Shown here piece after piece: positions 1 to 9,077 of a stretch of 64,000 nt of DNA. A program made the translations under genes and the position numbers. This DNA is from an uncultured Chloroflexia bacterium (GTDB lineage: Bacteria; Chloroflexota; Anaerolineae; Anaerolineales; UBA4823), in the NCBI GenBank assembly GCA_963809805.1, contig CAWELB010000002.1, positions 449,014 through 513,013 of the forward strand, read 5' to 3'. Positions within the stretch are counted from its first letter, which is position 1, and every line of letters begins with the position of its first letter. Under the pieces are notes generated by a model, which saw nothing but the letters and a program-made list of their open reading frames with translations, ran no database searches and had not been told where the DNA came from.

Positions 1-138
1 TGATGGCGGTAGGTGAAAAATCTCGATGCCGGCTGAATACCAGCATCTGGTCATACCGTCTTTCTTTCTGACGAATTTGAAGTTCCTGTACAAACATCAG
101 ACTCGGAAATGAACTGAATTTACTATTTGAGTAAATAA

Positions 139-179
139 ATCCTGCACCCGAATTATGATGAATAATTTGGGGGCAGGAT
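139..179 (-). terminator. Stem-loop downstream of the P-type ATPase gene
   Basis: Arms atcctgcaccc (139-149) and gggggcaggat (169-179), with extra aattat/ataatt pairing inside. On the minus strand a T-rich tract follows. Lies about 50 nt past the ATPase stop. Confidence 0.5.
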
Positions 180-229
180 CGAATGGTATTATTTACAGGT
201 CAGCTGTGTAGTTAGAAAACCATTGGATT

Positions 230-2830
230 TCACGACCCAGGATGGACCTGATCCTGAATCTCAACCTTCTTCAGTGGACCAGCGGTTAATTTATTGGCAA
301 ATATCTTTAACTTCACCGTCTCTGCCAACAAGATACTTACAAGACTTGCGATTACTACCAACCCCACTCCCCATGGAAATAGCGGTCCAAAACTAAATAA
401 ACCGCGCAAGAATGGTATGCTGACCACCAAAGTCAGGAAAAAGAAAGTTCCTCCGGTCACCCACCATAAGGCTGGGTTTGGAACGCGCACGGTCGCCAGG
501 ATCGAATTCTTCCAGGACCGGTTGGTAAAGATCAAACCCAGGTTGGAGATCACCAGGGTGGCGAAGCTCAATAACCTGGCTTCGCCCGCACCAAAACCAT
601 TGGATAAGATCAGCGCATAGACACCCAAAACCATTGCCAACACAATCAATCCTTGAATTAATCCAATGAAAACCATCTGCTTCCCGAATAAGGGTTCACT
701 CAGCTTGCGCGGAGGTCGATTCATTATGTCCTTCTCTTCACCTTCCATTTCGAAGACCACAGAACACGCCGGGTCGATGATTAATTCCAGGAAGAGGATG
801 TGCACGGGTAACAATGCCAGGGGCCAGTTCAACAAGACCGGGATCAGTGACATTCCGGCAATGGGGATGTGTACAGAAAGAATGAAGGTCATGGCCTTTT
901 TTAAGTTGTCGTGGATGCGACGCCCAACGCGGACTGCCTGAACAATTGAAGCGAAATTATCGTCCAACAGGACCAGGGCGGCTGCTTCACGCGCCACATC
1001 TGTGCCACGCCCGCCCATGGCAATCCCGATGTGAGCTGCCTTGAGTGCCGGGGCATCGTTGACCCCATCACCAGTCATGGCGACCACCTCCCCATTAGCT
1101 TTGAGGGCTTGTACCAGGCGCAGTTTTTGTTCGGGCACCGCCCGGGCAAAAATGCAGGTTGTTTTTATGCGCTCTTGCAGCTCTGCGTCACTCATTTTGT
1201 CCAGCTCGGGACCAGTGATCATCTTATCCAGGGGTTTTAAGCCGATTTTCTCAGCAATGTTGAGTGCCGTGCCGGGATAATCACCCGTGATCATTATCAG
1301 GCGCATGCCCGCTGAGTAGCAGTCTTTCACTGCTTCAGGCACACCTGGTCGTACAGGATCAGCTAATCCCAGCATTCCAAGGTACTCGATGGTGAAATCA
1401 TGTTGAGAGTCAGGCAGGTCGGTTGGTCTGAAGGTGGCACGCCCCACGGCGATCACGCGCAGCCCATGATTAGCCATACGGTCGACCTGGAGGCGCATAG
1501 CGTGTCGCTGGTCCTCGTTGAAGTGGCACAGGTTCGCCACTGCTTCGGGGGCTCCCTTGACCGCGATGATGGCTTCGTGTCCATCGGGTGATTGCCATAC
1601 ACGTGACATGGCCAGCAGGTCTGGTGAAAGAGGATACTCGCGTAAGAGCTTCCATTCCTTATGAATATGCTCGGTATTGGCGAGGGTGCGCACAGCCAGC
1701 TCTTTTATCGCCTTTTCCATAGGGTCGAAAGGATCAGCGGGACTGGCCAGGATGCTATATTCGACCACCTCGTGCGCCATTTCAGGAAGTTTGGAGGGAG
1801 TGGTTTCTACTTCAAAAATGTGATCATTCACAGATATTTTTGTGACCGTCATCCGGTTGAGGGTGAGTGTGCCGGTTTTATCCACACACAGCACGGTCGT
1901 TGCCCCGAGCATTTCCACTGCTGGAACGCGCCGGGTGAGCACCTTGCGTTGAGAGATCCGCCAGGCGCCCAACGCCAGGAAGATGGTCAGCACGACCGGG
2001 AATTCTTCCGGCAGGGTGGCCATAGCCAGGGTAATGCCTGCCAGGAAACCTTCCAGCCAATTTCCACGCGTCAGGCCGAAGATAATCACCACCAACACAC
2101 ACAAGCTGATGCCTGCGATAGCAAAGTTACGCACAATTTTACCGGTCTGCCTTTGCAAATCGGTATCTTCGGGCTGGAGAACCTGCAAAGCCTTGCCAAT
2201 CTTACCAATTTCGGTGCGAGGTCCGGTGGCATGGGCGATAGCGATGCCCTGTCCCTTCACCACCAAACTTCCTGAATATATAAAGGGTAGATCATCCCCA
2301 CCGGGACGGGCAATTTCCGGCTGACCTTCACCAACATTTTTCCTGACTGGTACAGCTTCCCCGGTTAATAAGGATTCATCCACGCTCAAGTTTGTAGCCG
2401 AGAGCAGGGTTGCATCTGCAGGGACCCGGTCACCTTCGGAGATCAATAAAACATCATCCTTCACCACTTCACGCCCGGCAATGCGCTGTTGTTTGCCACT
2501 GCGGATGACCAACGCGCGCGGGCTGGATAGATCACGCAGGGCTTCCAACGCACGTTCCGTTTTCTGTTGTTGGTAAAAGGTAATGCCGATGATCACGAAC
2601 ACGAAGCCAGAAAGCATGAGCGCCTCTTCGGGGTCACCGAGTGCCAGGTATAGCACGCCGCACACAATCAGCAGCAGGAACATCGGTTCGCGCAAAATAT
2701 CCCACAGAATATGAAAAAAAGTACGTTTACGGGTAGATGGCAGCTCATTATAGCCATCCTGCGCCAGGCGTTCAAATGCTTCCTGCTCAGTTAATCCTTG
2801 AATGTTTTTTTCATCGAATGATTTTGTCAT
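230..2830 (-). CDS. Cation-translocating P-type ATPase (P2-like, Ca2+/Mg2+-type)
   Basis: 866-aa ORF. Phosphorylation motif DKTGTLT, actuator LTGEA, hinge TGDGVNDAPAL, N-terminal LTEQEAFERLAQDGYNELP typical of the cation-ATPase N domain, and multiple C-terminal TM helices. Confidence 0.93.
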   Translation of the reverse strand: MTKSFDEKNIQGLTEQEAFERLAQDGYNELPSTRKRTFFHILWDILREPMFLLLIVCGVLYLALGDPEEALMLSGFVFVIIGITFYQQQKTERALEALRDLSSPRALVIRSGKQQRIAGREVVKDDVLLISEGDRVPADATLLSATNLSVDESLLTGEAVPVRKNVGEGQPEIARPGGDDLPFIYSGSLVVKGQGIAIAHATGPRTEIGKIGKALQVLQPEDTDLQRQTGKIVRNFAIAGISLCVLVVIIFGLTRGNWLEGFLAGITLAMATLPEEFPVVLTIFLALGAWRISQRKVLTRRVPAVEMLGATTVLCVDKTGTLTLNRMTVTKISVNDHIFEVETTPSKLPEMAHEVVEYSILASPADPFDPMEKAIKELAVRTLANTEHIHKEWKLLREYPLSPDLLAMSRVWQSPDGHEAIIAVKGAPEAVANLCHFNEDQRHAMRLQVDRMANHGLRVIAVGRATFRPTDLPDSQHDFTIEYLGMLGLADPVRPGVPEAVKDCYSAGMRLIMITGDYPGTALNIAEKIGLKPLDKMITGPELDKMSDAELQERIKTTCIFARAVPEQKLRLVQALKANGEVVAMTGDGVNDAPALKAAHIGIAMGGRGTDVAREAAALVLLDDNFASIVQAVRVGRRIHDNLKKAMTFILSVHIPIAGMSLIPVLLNWPLALLPVHILFLELIIDPACSVVFEMEGEEKDIMNRPPRKLSEPLFGKQMVFIGLIQGLIVLAMVLGVYALILSNGFGAGEARLLSFATLVISNLGLIFTNRSWKNSILATVRVPNPALWWVTGGTFFFLTLVVSIPFLRGLFSFGPLFPWGVGLVVIASLVSILLAETVKLKIFANKLTAGPLKKVEIQDQVHPGS

Positions 2831-3094
2831 ATTAATCTAACCTTCTTTATATATTTATTAGTAAAAGTAATGCAGGTACCAGTTTTATATAGAAAGTGCG
2901 CTCACCATCCGTACCACTCATATGCGCTTCCCTAAAATATATCGTTCATCAGCTTTTGCCCCTAATACAGTTAAAGAGTAAATTTCGCATTCGATACATC
3001 TCCCAAAATGGTTCCGATACTCAGCACTTAAATTCCGGCAAATTACCATTGCCAGTAGACTCGGATTAGCTCGAGCGATGTTGTGAGTATGAAA

Positions 3095-3400
3095 TTAGAC
3101 GGCTTTTGGAGGGGGCAGTAGCGGTGATACGGAATGATGAACCACTGGGATCTGGTTGGATCGGTTTTCCAGAATTGATACAGCACCAATACCACCAACA
3201 GCTTCATCTACAAGCACAAAATCGTCGTCATGCTCATCGAGATGCGATTGTTGGAGAACTCCGCCCGCATAGGACATATACCAGCGATCATCTGAGGCAA
3301 TTAATGGATCGATTACCTCGCACAGAAACAGGCTGCCCAGGCAAAGGCAGACTGTATAAAGGATCATTCTGTGTCTTCGGTTCTCCACGGACTTAACCAT
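3095..3400 (-). CDS. Small hypothetical protein with N-terminal signal/anchor, co-transcribed with arsR
   Basis: ATG at 3400 overlaps the arsR stop by 8 nt (ATGGTTAA). It gives a basic n-region (KSVENRRHR) followed by a hydrophobic stretch (ILYTVCLCLGSLFLC) and an acidic/His-rich tail. The alternative start is 3367. The longer track ORF to 3517 overlaps arsR and is rejected. Confidence 0.45.
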   Translation of the reverse strand: MVKSVENRRHRMILYTVCLCLGSLFLCEVIDPLIASDDRWYMSYAGGVLQQSHLDEHDDDFVLVDEAVGGIGAVSILENRSNQIPVVHHSVSPLLPPPKAV

Positions 3401-3743
3401 GCAGGATATGGTTAACCCCCTGTTCGAACAAGGTGATAATATGTTCGTCCACCAGGCTATAGTATATTTCCTTGCCCTGGCGGCGCGCCTGCACCAGCCG
3501 CAACAGCCGAAGGCCACGCAAATGGTGTGAAACAGCCGATTCGCTCATCCCGACAGCCTGAGCTAACAGGGTTACATTCAGCTCCTGGCCGATTATCGCA
3601 GAAATGATGCGCACACGGTTGGTATCGCTGAAAGAACGGAACAATTCTGCCACATGTACGGCAGTATGGTCGTCGATAATTATTGGAGGTGAGGTTGTAC
3701 TCATAAATTGATATCTCGATGGAACATATGAATAGATGTTCAT
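3393..3743 (-). CDS. ArsR/SmtB-family winged-helix transcriptional regulator
   Basis: Pattern ELFRSFSDTNRVRIISAI...NVTLLAQAVGMSESAVSHHLRGLRLLRLV matches the ArsR HTH. The start may be the internal ATG at 3704 (MSTTSPP...), which would give 103 aa. Confidence 0.85.
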   Translation of the reverse strand: MNIYSYVPSRYQFMSTTSPPIIIDDHTAVHVAELFRSFSDTNRVRIISAIIGQELNVTLLAQAVGMSESAVSHHLRGLRLLRLVQARRQGKEIYYSLVDEHIITLFEQGVNHILHG

Positions 3744-3760
3744 GTATTGTAATGTACAAA
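3719..3760. promoter_or_regulatory. Candidate ArsR-type operator(s) in the arsR / 3887 divergent region
   Basis: Inverted repeat GAACAT(3722-3727)-N8-ATGTTC(3736-3741), read on the minus strand as TGAACATctattcatATGTTC. A second palindrome TTGTAatgTACAA lies at 3747-3759. ArsR/SmtB operators are typically TGAACA-type inverted repeats. Confidence 0.35.
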
Positions 3761-3886
3761 TAAAAAATTGTCAACGTGCACATTATTCTGAGGTCAGCTA
3801 CCTGCCACCAACCCAAAATTAAGGTGAGGGATTGTCTCCCGATGAGATAGATTTGGACTATACTTGTATGCAAAGAGGAAACCAAC

Positions 3887-4357
3887 ATGAGCAAGGATCA
3901 AAAATCCGATCAGCAAGAGCAGTTCGAGCAGTGGCAGCGCAAGCAGAAAGATATAGAGAAACAGCAGGAAGAAGAAAGGAAGAAACGCGCCCAGGAACGT
4001 ATAAAGCTGGAACAAGAACAAGAAAAAGAACGGCTGGTACGCCAACAGGAGCGGCTGAAGCTCGAACGCCAACAGGAAGAAGAGCTGCGCAAACGGCGGC
4101 AGGAACGGCTGCAGCTGGAACGAACGCAGGAAGGTCAAGATAGACCGAGGCAAGAGGAACGGCAGCAGTTGGAACTAGAGCAAGAGAAGAAACGCATCCA
4201 ACAGCAGCAGGATAGGCAGCAACTGGAGCAGGAACAGGGCGATCAACAAAAACCACAGCAAGAACTGCGTCAGCAGCTGGAACAAGAGCAGGAGAAGAAA
4301 CGATTAGTACAACAGCAAGACCGGCGTGATCTGGAAAAAAAACAGGACGAGCAGTAA
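3887..4357 (+). CDS. Highly charged E/Q/R/K-rich repeat protein (predicted long helix / coiled coil)
   Basis: 156-aa ORF made almost entirely of Q, E, R, K and L, with recurring LE(Q/R)(E/Q)QE(K/E)(K/E)R...QQ(Q/E)(D/E)R units. RBS-like gaggaaacc lies upstream. Overlapping antisense and alternative-frame ORFs are low-complexity artefacts. Confidence 0.55.
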   Translation: MSKDQKSDQQEQFEQWQRKQKDIEKQQEEERKKRAQERIKLEQEQEKERLVRQQERLKLERQQEEELRKRRQERLQLERTQEGQDRPRQEERQQLELEQEKKRIQQQQDRQQLEQEQGDQQKPQQELRQQLEQEQEKKRLVQQQDRRDLEKKQDEQ

Positions 4358-4618
4358 CAAGAGGGGTGCCAATCATCAAGGTCAGGTAAACCACTTTATG
4401 GTACGAGTGGATTTTCCATGTTGCCCATACCAGTCACGTAGTTAGAAATCCGATTAGTCCAATCCAATATGGCTTCCACCAAGTTTTTTAGTTAATCAAA
4501 TATTAGAGCATCTTCAAACACACCTTTCTTAAAATCCATTGTGCAGGTTGATACGTATTATCAATAGGTCAGTGTGAATATCACCTGACCTAATTAACTA
4601 TTATTAGGAGGATATACA

Positions 4619-5134
4619 ATGAGAAAGGTTGTTTTGACTGCACTCAGTGTGGTGTTAATGTTTGGGGGAGTATTCTTAAGTGGAGGGTCAACATCAGCAC
4701 AGGCAGATTCGCCTACGATTCTCTCATTTGGGAGTATGGTGGGAGTACCAACCGGGTTAACCGGAGCGCAGAGCCAGACTCCTTTGCGTGGAATCAACGG
4801 TGGCGGGTTACCCTGGATGCTCACTTCAGCCAAGGGATCACTTAGATCAAGCGGAGCACTGAAGGTTGAGGTGGAGGGTTTGGTGCTGGCAGCGGGAGCC
4901 AATGCGGGTTCGAACCCAGTTGCCAGCTTCCGAGCGATCGTGAGCTGTGTGAATAGCGACGGCACATTTACGAATATTTTGACCGATGCTTTCCCTGCCA
5001 CGACGGGACCAGCATCTAGCGGGGGTGGAAACGCGGATATTGAGACGACAGTATCGCTTCCTCATCCCTGTATTGCACCGATCATATTTGTCACCAACCC
5101 GGTTGGGGCCTGGTTTGCAGCCACCGGCAGATAG
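4619..5134 (+). CDS. Secreted hypothetical protein
   Basis: Strong RBS (aggagga) 7 nt upstream. N-terminal signal peptide MRKVVLTALSVVLMFGGVFLSGGSTSAQA. No recognisable catalytic motif. Confidence 0.7.
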   Translation: MRKVVLTALSVVLMFGGVFLSGGSTSAQADSPTILSFGSMVGVPTGLTGAQSQTPLRGINGGGLPWMLTSAKGSLRSSGALKVEVEGLVLAAGANAGSNPVASFRAIVSCVNSDGTFTNILTDAFPATTGPASSGGGNADIETTVSLPHPCIAPIIFVTNPVGAWFAATGR

Positions 5135-5158
5135 ACTGATTGGAGCTCGATCCAATGA

Positions 5159-5198
5159 GATACACCCCGGAGTGAATTACCGGGGTGTATCTGTTTTT
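5159..5198 (+). terminator. Rho-independent terminator of the 4619..5134 gene
   Basis: Arms gatacaccccgg and ccggggtgtatc (12 bp) with a 9-nt loop, followed by tgtttttct. Confidence 0.75.
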
Positions 5199-5279
5199 CT
5201 GTCGTTATGAGGTTTATACCGATCGGCGCCACGGGTACATCCACACCCTCCCATCCCCCCAGAACCAGGAGGGACTAGA

Positions 5280-5311
5280 CCTCCCCCAAATCGATCTGCA
5301 TTTGGGGGAGG
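5280..5311 (-). terminator. Hairpin immediately downstream of ileS
   Basis: Arms cctcccccaaat and atttgggggagg (12 bp) with an 8-nt loop, 8 nt past the ileS stop. The T-tract is only on the plus-strand side, so its role as the ileS terminator is uncertain. Confidence 0.4.
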
Positions 5312-5318
5312 CGTTATT

Positions 5319-8300
5319 TTATTTCTTATTCTGCTTCACTGCCAGGATCAACGTCTCTCCGTCTAGCTTGTGTTCTTCAGCATAGGAGCCCTCCACGGGA
5401 GGGGTATTAAGCAGCTGAGTGGTGAGTGTCTCGGCCGCGATATACTCACCCCAGCGGGCAAACACCGCTTCCAGCACCGCTCCAGCCTGATAGCAGGTGG
5501 TGATGCGGTCCTCGATATTGAACCCGGCGGTCTTACGCATATCCTGGATCCAGCGCACAATCTCACGTGCCGACCCCTCGGCCTTGAGCTCGGGGGTAAG
5601 CGTGGCATCGATTGCCACCGTGATGTATTTATCGGCAGCTACCGCCAGGCCTGGAAGAGCCTCAGTGCTCACCAGGATGGTTTCGGGGGCCAGCTCGACC
5701 GTCTCTCCCGCCACATCGAGCGTCACCGGGAGACCAGCACTCACAGTGGCAGCCACCCAGGCAGGGTTTGCAATCGCCAGGGCAGCCTTCAGCTGTGGGA
5801 AGCGCGCCCCAAATTTGGGTCCGAGCAGCTTATTATCGGGCAGCACTTTGTATTCCACCAGGGTACCTTCCTGCTCCACGAACTCGAACGCCTTGACGTT
5901 CAGTTCATCCAGCACGATACTCACCAGCTCCGGTCGAAGTACAGCTTTGCCGGCATATACCTTTACTTTGCTCAATGGTTGGCGCACCTTGAGGTTGGCA
6001 TTGGCACGCGCACTGAGACCCAGGGAGGCCACCCGGCGGGCAAGCGGCATCTGTTCGAGCAAATCATCGTCCGTGCTGGAATCGTCAACCAGAGGCCAGG
6101 CGGTATGGTGGATACTTTCATAAGCTGTGGGTCTCACCCCACGCACCAGGTTCTGGTACATCACCTCGCTGATGAATGGCACAAAGGGGGCCAGCGTCTT
6201 GGCAAATTTAACCAGCACATGGTAAAGGGTGGCGTAGGCGGTATTTTTATCGGCGTCATGCTCCGATTTCCAATAGCGCCGGCGGCTGCGGCGCACATAC
6301 CAGTTGCTTAAATCATCCAGAAAAGCTTCCGCAACGATGCTTGCACTCATCGGGTCAGAAGCTTCGATGGCAGCACTGACACGCTCGACCACCTGGTTCA
6401 GACGTGCTAATATCCACTGATCCAGAAGGTTGTCACTCTGAGGAGTGGGTCCTTCAGGGAAATTGGGGTCGAATTCGCCAGATGGCTGCCAGCCATCCAG
6501 CCTGGCGTAATTGGCAAAGAAACTGTACACATTCCACAGCGGGATAATGAAATCCTGTCGTGCCTGCTTTCCAGCCTCGTAGCCGAACCACAGGTCATTT
6601 TCGGGTTTGTGGGAGCAGAACAACCAGCGCATGGTATCCACGCCCATTTTATCGGCAGCTTCATTGAATTCAATCATATTTCCCGAGCTTTTATGCATCG
6701 CGATCCCATGCTCATCCAGCAGGGTGGCATAGCCGAAATTCTCCAGGAAGGGCGGCGTGCTGTCCATGACGGTGGCCATGGCCAACAGTGAATAGAACCA
6801 GTTGCGGAACTGCCCGGGGAAGGATTCACTGATCCAATCGGCTGGGTACCACTTACGCCAAAAGGCTGGGTCTTTACGGTAGCTGAGGGTGCTGAAGGGG
6901 ACGATGCCGGCGTCCAGCCAGGGGTTGCCTACATCCCGCACCCGGTTCATGCTCGTGCCACACTTGGAGCATGGAACGGTTACCGCGTCGATGTACGGTC
7001 GATGCGGGGTGTGGTCGCCTAGCACATCCAACCCGCCATTGGCGCGCTGCTTGAGTTCATCATCACTACCGATCACTTCGAAATTGCCGCAGGCTGTACA
7101 TTCCCAGATGGGTAATGCCAGACCCCAATAGCGCTTCTTGCTGATCATCCAGTCATGCATATTGCGCAGCCAGTCCATCTCGCGTGAATAGCCGAAATCA
7201 GGGATCCACTTGATCTGGTCAACCACATCCATGATCTGATAGCGCAGGGAGGCTGATTTTTCCCCTGGGGTCAGCTCTTCGCGCGGTTTATCGTAGCTGG
7301 TGCCCATGCTGATGTACCATTCGTCCACCAGACGGAAAACCAGCTCGGTGCCGCAGCGCCAGCAGACCGGGTAGCGGTGCGTGTATGGCTGCACTTTGTA
7401 GAGCAGGCCCTTGCGGCGCAAGTCCTCGAAGATGGGGTCAGCCACCTCAGAAACATACTTTCCACTCAGCCAACCGAACCCCTCCAGGAATTCTCCCTCC
7501 TCGTTCAAGGGGGCGATGATGGGCAGATGGCTCGTTTTTCCAAGCTGGAAGTCTTCCGCGCCCGCGCCCGGAGCGATATGCACAATACCGGTGCCTTCTT
7601 CCTCGCCGACTGCATCCCACAGGATCACATGGTGCGCCTGGATGGCGTTTCGCTTGACATCGCGGATCAGCTGTGCCAGGTAAGTGTAGCCCCCCGGGCG
7701 CTGGGCAGGTTCCAGGTCGTCGAATGGACCGGAGTATTTCCAGCCTTCCATCTCGGTGCCTTTCAGCTCCTGCAGGATTTCGTACGGACCATCCAGCATG
7801 GAGAGGGTGCCCTTGGAGAGGTACAGTACCTCGTCGTTCTGCTTCACCTTGACGTAGGTCAGCTCGGGACCGACCGCCGCGACCACATTGCTGGTGAGCG
7901 TCCAGGGGGTAGTCGTCCACACCAGCAGGGATTCTTTCTCACGCCCGAGCAGGGGGAAGCGCAGGATCACCGAACGATGGGTGATCTCCTGGTAGCCCTC
8001 AGTGACGATCTCGTGTTGACTGAGACCGGTTGCACAGCGCGGGCACCACGGCATGACGTCATCCCCTTTATACAGCCAGCCCTTTTCCCAGCATTTCTTC
8101 AGGAAAGCCCAGATCACGAAATTGTTCTCATTGGAGAAGGTGAAGTACGAGCCTCCCAGCTCAGGCAGCCCCAAATGTGCCACCACCTGCTCCACTGTGC
8201 CGGTAAACGGACCATTCGGACCAGTTACGGTGATGACCTGGGAGGGGTCTTGCATCAGCTTATCAGCCAGCTCATCGAGCATCTGCGTGTCGTTCCAATC

Positions 8301-8729
8301 CATCCAGAATCCCAGACGAATGGATTGTTCGGTCTGGACAGCGGCGTAGCGCAAGACGCGCTCCTTGCACTTGAGCACGAACTTCGCCAGCCCGTAGTCT
8401 TCGATGTCCAACTTGGATTTGAAGCCCAGGTCACGCTCGACATTGACTTCCACCCATAAGCCCTGGCAATCGAAACCGTTCTGGTAGCGCATCTCGTGCC
8501 CCTGCATAGTGCGGAAGCGCAGCATCAAGTCCTTGTAGGTGCGTCCCCAACCGTGATGCACACCCATGGGGTTGTTGGCGGTGATAGGACCATCAATGAA
8601 TGACCATTTGGGCTGCCCCTTGTGAATGGCTACCATTTTATCGAAGGCATGGTTCTCCTTCCAGAACTTGAGTATTTCAAGCTCCTGGGCGTTGAAATCT
8701 ACTTTATTGGGGACTTCTTTGAATGGCAT
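5319..8729 (-). CDS. ileS: Isoleucyl-tRNA synthetase (class I aaRS)
   Basis: 1136-aa ORF. HIGH-region PMGVHHGWGR, WCPRC zinc-knuckle, TTTPWTL editing-domain motif, KMSKS-like MHKSSGN. A T-box leader upstream carries an AUC codon in the specifier position. Confidence 0.9.
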   Translation of the reverse strand: MPFKEVPNKVDFNAQELEILKFWKENHAFDKMVAIHKGQPKWSFIDGPITANNPMGVHHGWGRTYKDLMLRFRTMQGHEMRYQNGFDCQGLWVEVNVERDLGFKSKLDIEDYGLAKFVLKCKERVLRYAAVQTEQSIRLGFWMDWNDTQMLDELADKLMQDPSQVITVTGPNGPFTGTVEQVVAHLGLPELGGSYFTFSNENNFVIWAFLKKCWEKGWLYKGDDVMPWCPRCATGLSQHEIVTEGYQEITHRSVILRFPLLGREKESLLVWTTTPWTLTSNVVAAVGPELTYVKVKQNDEVLYLSKGTLSMLDGPYEILQELKGTEMEGWKYSGPFDDLEPAQRPGGYTYLAQLIRDVKRNAIQAHHVILWDAVGEEEGTGIVHIAPGAGAEDFQLGKTSHLPIIAPLNEEGEFLEGFGWLSGKYVSEVADPIFEDLRRKGLLYKVQPYTHRYPVCWRCGTELVFRLVDEWYISMGTSYDKPREELTPGEKSASLRYQIMDVVDQIKWIPDFGYSREMDWLRNMHDWMISKKRYWGLALPIWECTACGNFEVIGSDDELKQRANGGLDVLGDHTPHRPYIDAVTVPCSKCGTSMNRVRDVGNPWLDAGIVPFSTLSYRKDPAFWRKWYPADWISESFPGQFRNWFYSLLAMATVMDSTPPFLENFGYATLLDEHGIAMHKSSGNMIEFNEAADKMGVDTMRWLFCSHKPENDLWFGYEAGKQARQDFIIPLWNVYSFFANYARLDGWQPSGEFDPNFPEGPTPQSDNLLDQWILARLNQVVERVSAAIEASDPMSASIVAEAFLDDLSNWYVRRSRRRYWKSEHDADKNTAYATLYHVLVKFAKTLAPFVPFISEVMYQNLVRGVRPTAYESIHHTAWPLVDDSSTDDDLLEQMPLARRVASLGLSARANANLKVRQPLSKVKVYAGKAVLRPELVSIVLDELNVKAFEFVEQEGTLVEYKVLPDNKLLGPKFGARFPQLKAALAIANPAWVAATVSAGLPVTLDVAGETVELAPETILVSTEALPGLAVAADKYITVAIDATLTPELKAEGSAREIVRWIQDMRKTAGFNIEDRITTCYQAGAVLEAVFARWGEYIAAETLTTQLLNTPPVEGSYAEEHKLDGETLILAVKQNKK

Positions 8730-8731
8730 GG

Positions 8732-9040
8732 TTCCTCCGTTTTAACAAAAAACTCTCATCCCAAATCAGGGACGAGAGCGTAAATCCCAATACTCCCGCG
8801 GTACCACCCTGGTTCCCACCCGTTGGGCGAGCACCTCCGCTGCGTGGGCAGTCATCTGGATATCAGATCACAATCCACGTGCCCTGGCTAACGTTCGGCA
8901 GCTCCGGCTTTCCTACTTGCGAGCAAGCGCTTTCAGATCGCAGCTCCGGAAGGATTTTCAGCCTGTGGTACTACCCCGGCTCGCACCATTCCCGGGGTCG
9001 CTGACAGGGAGGCAGGCTTACTCGTTTCCATTATCGCTTT
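8732..9040 (-). promoter_or_regulatory. T-box riboswitch leader of ileS (Ile specifier)
   Basis: Minus strand contains the canonical T-box core GGGTGGTACCGCGG (8809-8796). Stem I elements are AGTA ... GAA (S-turn) flanking AGCCTG/CAGGCT, an AGCGA bulge and a distal loop GGTGCGAG. AUC (8955-8953) follows the GAA, and the terminator plus U-tract sits before the RBS GGAGG. Confidence 0.85.
8747..8778 (-). terminator. T-box leader terminator hairpin
   Basis: Minus strand reads CTCTCGTCCC-tgattt-GGGATGAGAG followed by TTTTTTG. Its 5' arm lies about 17 nt downstream of the T-box core GGGTGGTACCGCGG, the expected position for terminator/antiterminator competition. Confidence 0.8.
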
Positions 9041-9077
9041 TCAATGTACGATTGGCGCAAATTATGCCACAAATCGA

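Noticed and set aside
3457-3894. A 145-aa minus-strand ORF spanning the arsR 5' half and the divergent promoter.
   Set aside because: It is out of frame with the recognisable ArsR HTH and runs through an AT-rich promoter region containing the putative operators.
3794-4394. ORFs 3794..4153(-), 3858..4394(-), 3832..4143(+) and 3910..4092(-) overlapping the charged-repeat gene.
   Set aside because: They arise from purine-rich repetitive DNA with no stops in several frames. Their products are L/F-rich or A/P/V-rich low-complexity strings. Only the 3887 frame has a start context and a coherent repeat.
5370-8459. Long plus-strand ORFs (5370..6311, 5497..6123, 7377..8459 and others) inside the ileS region.
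   Set aside because: They are antisense shadows of a 1136-aa gene with clear aaRS motifs. Their products are Arg/Gly/His-rich low-information sequences without motifs or RBS.
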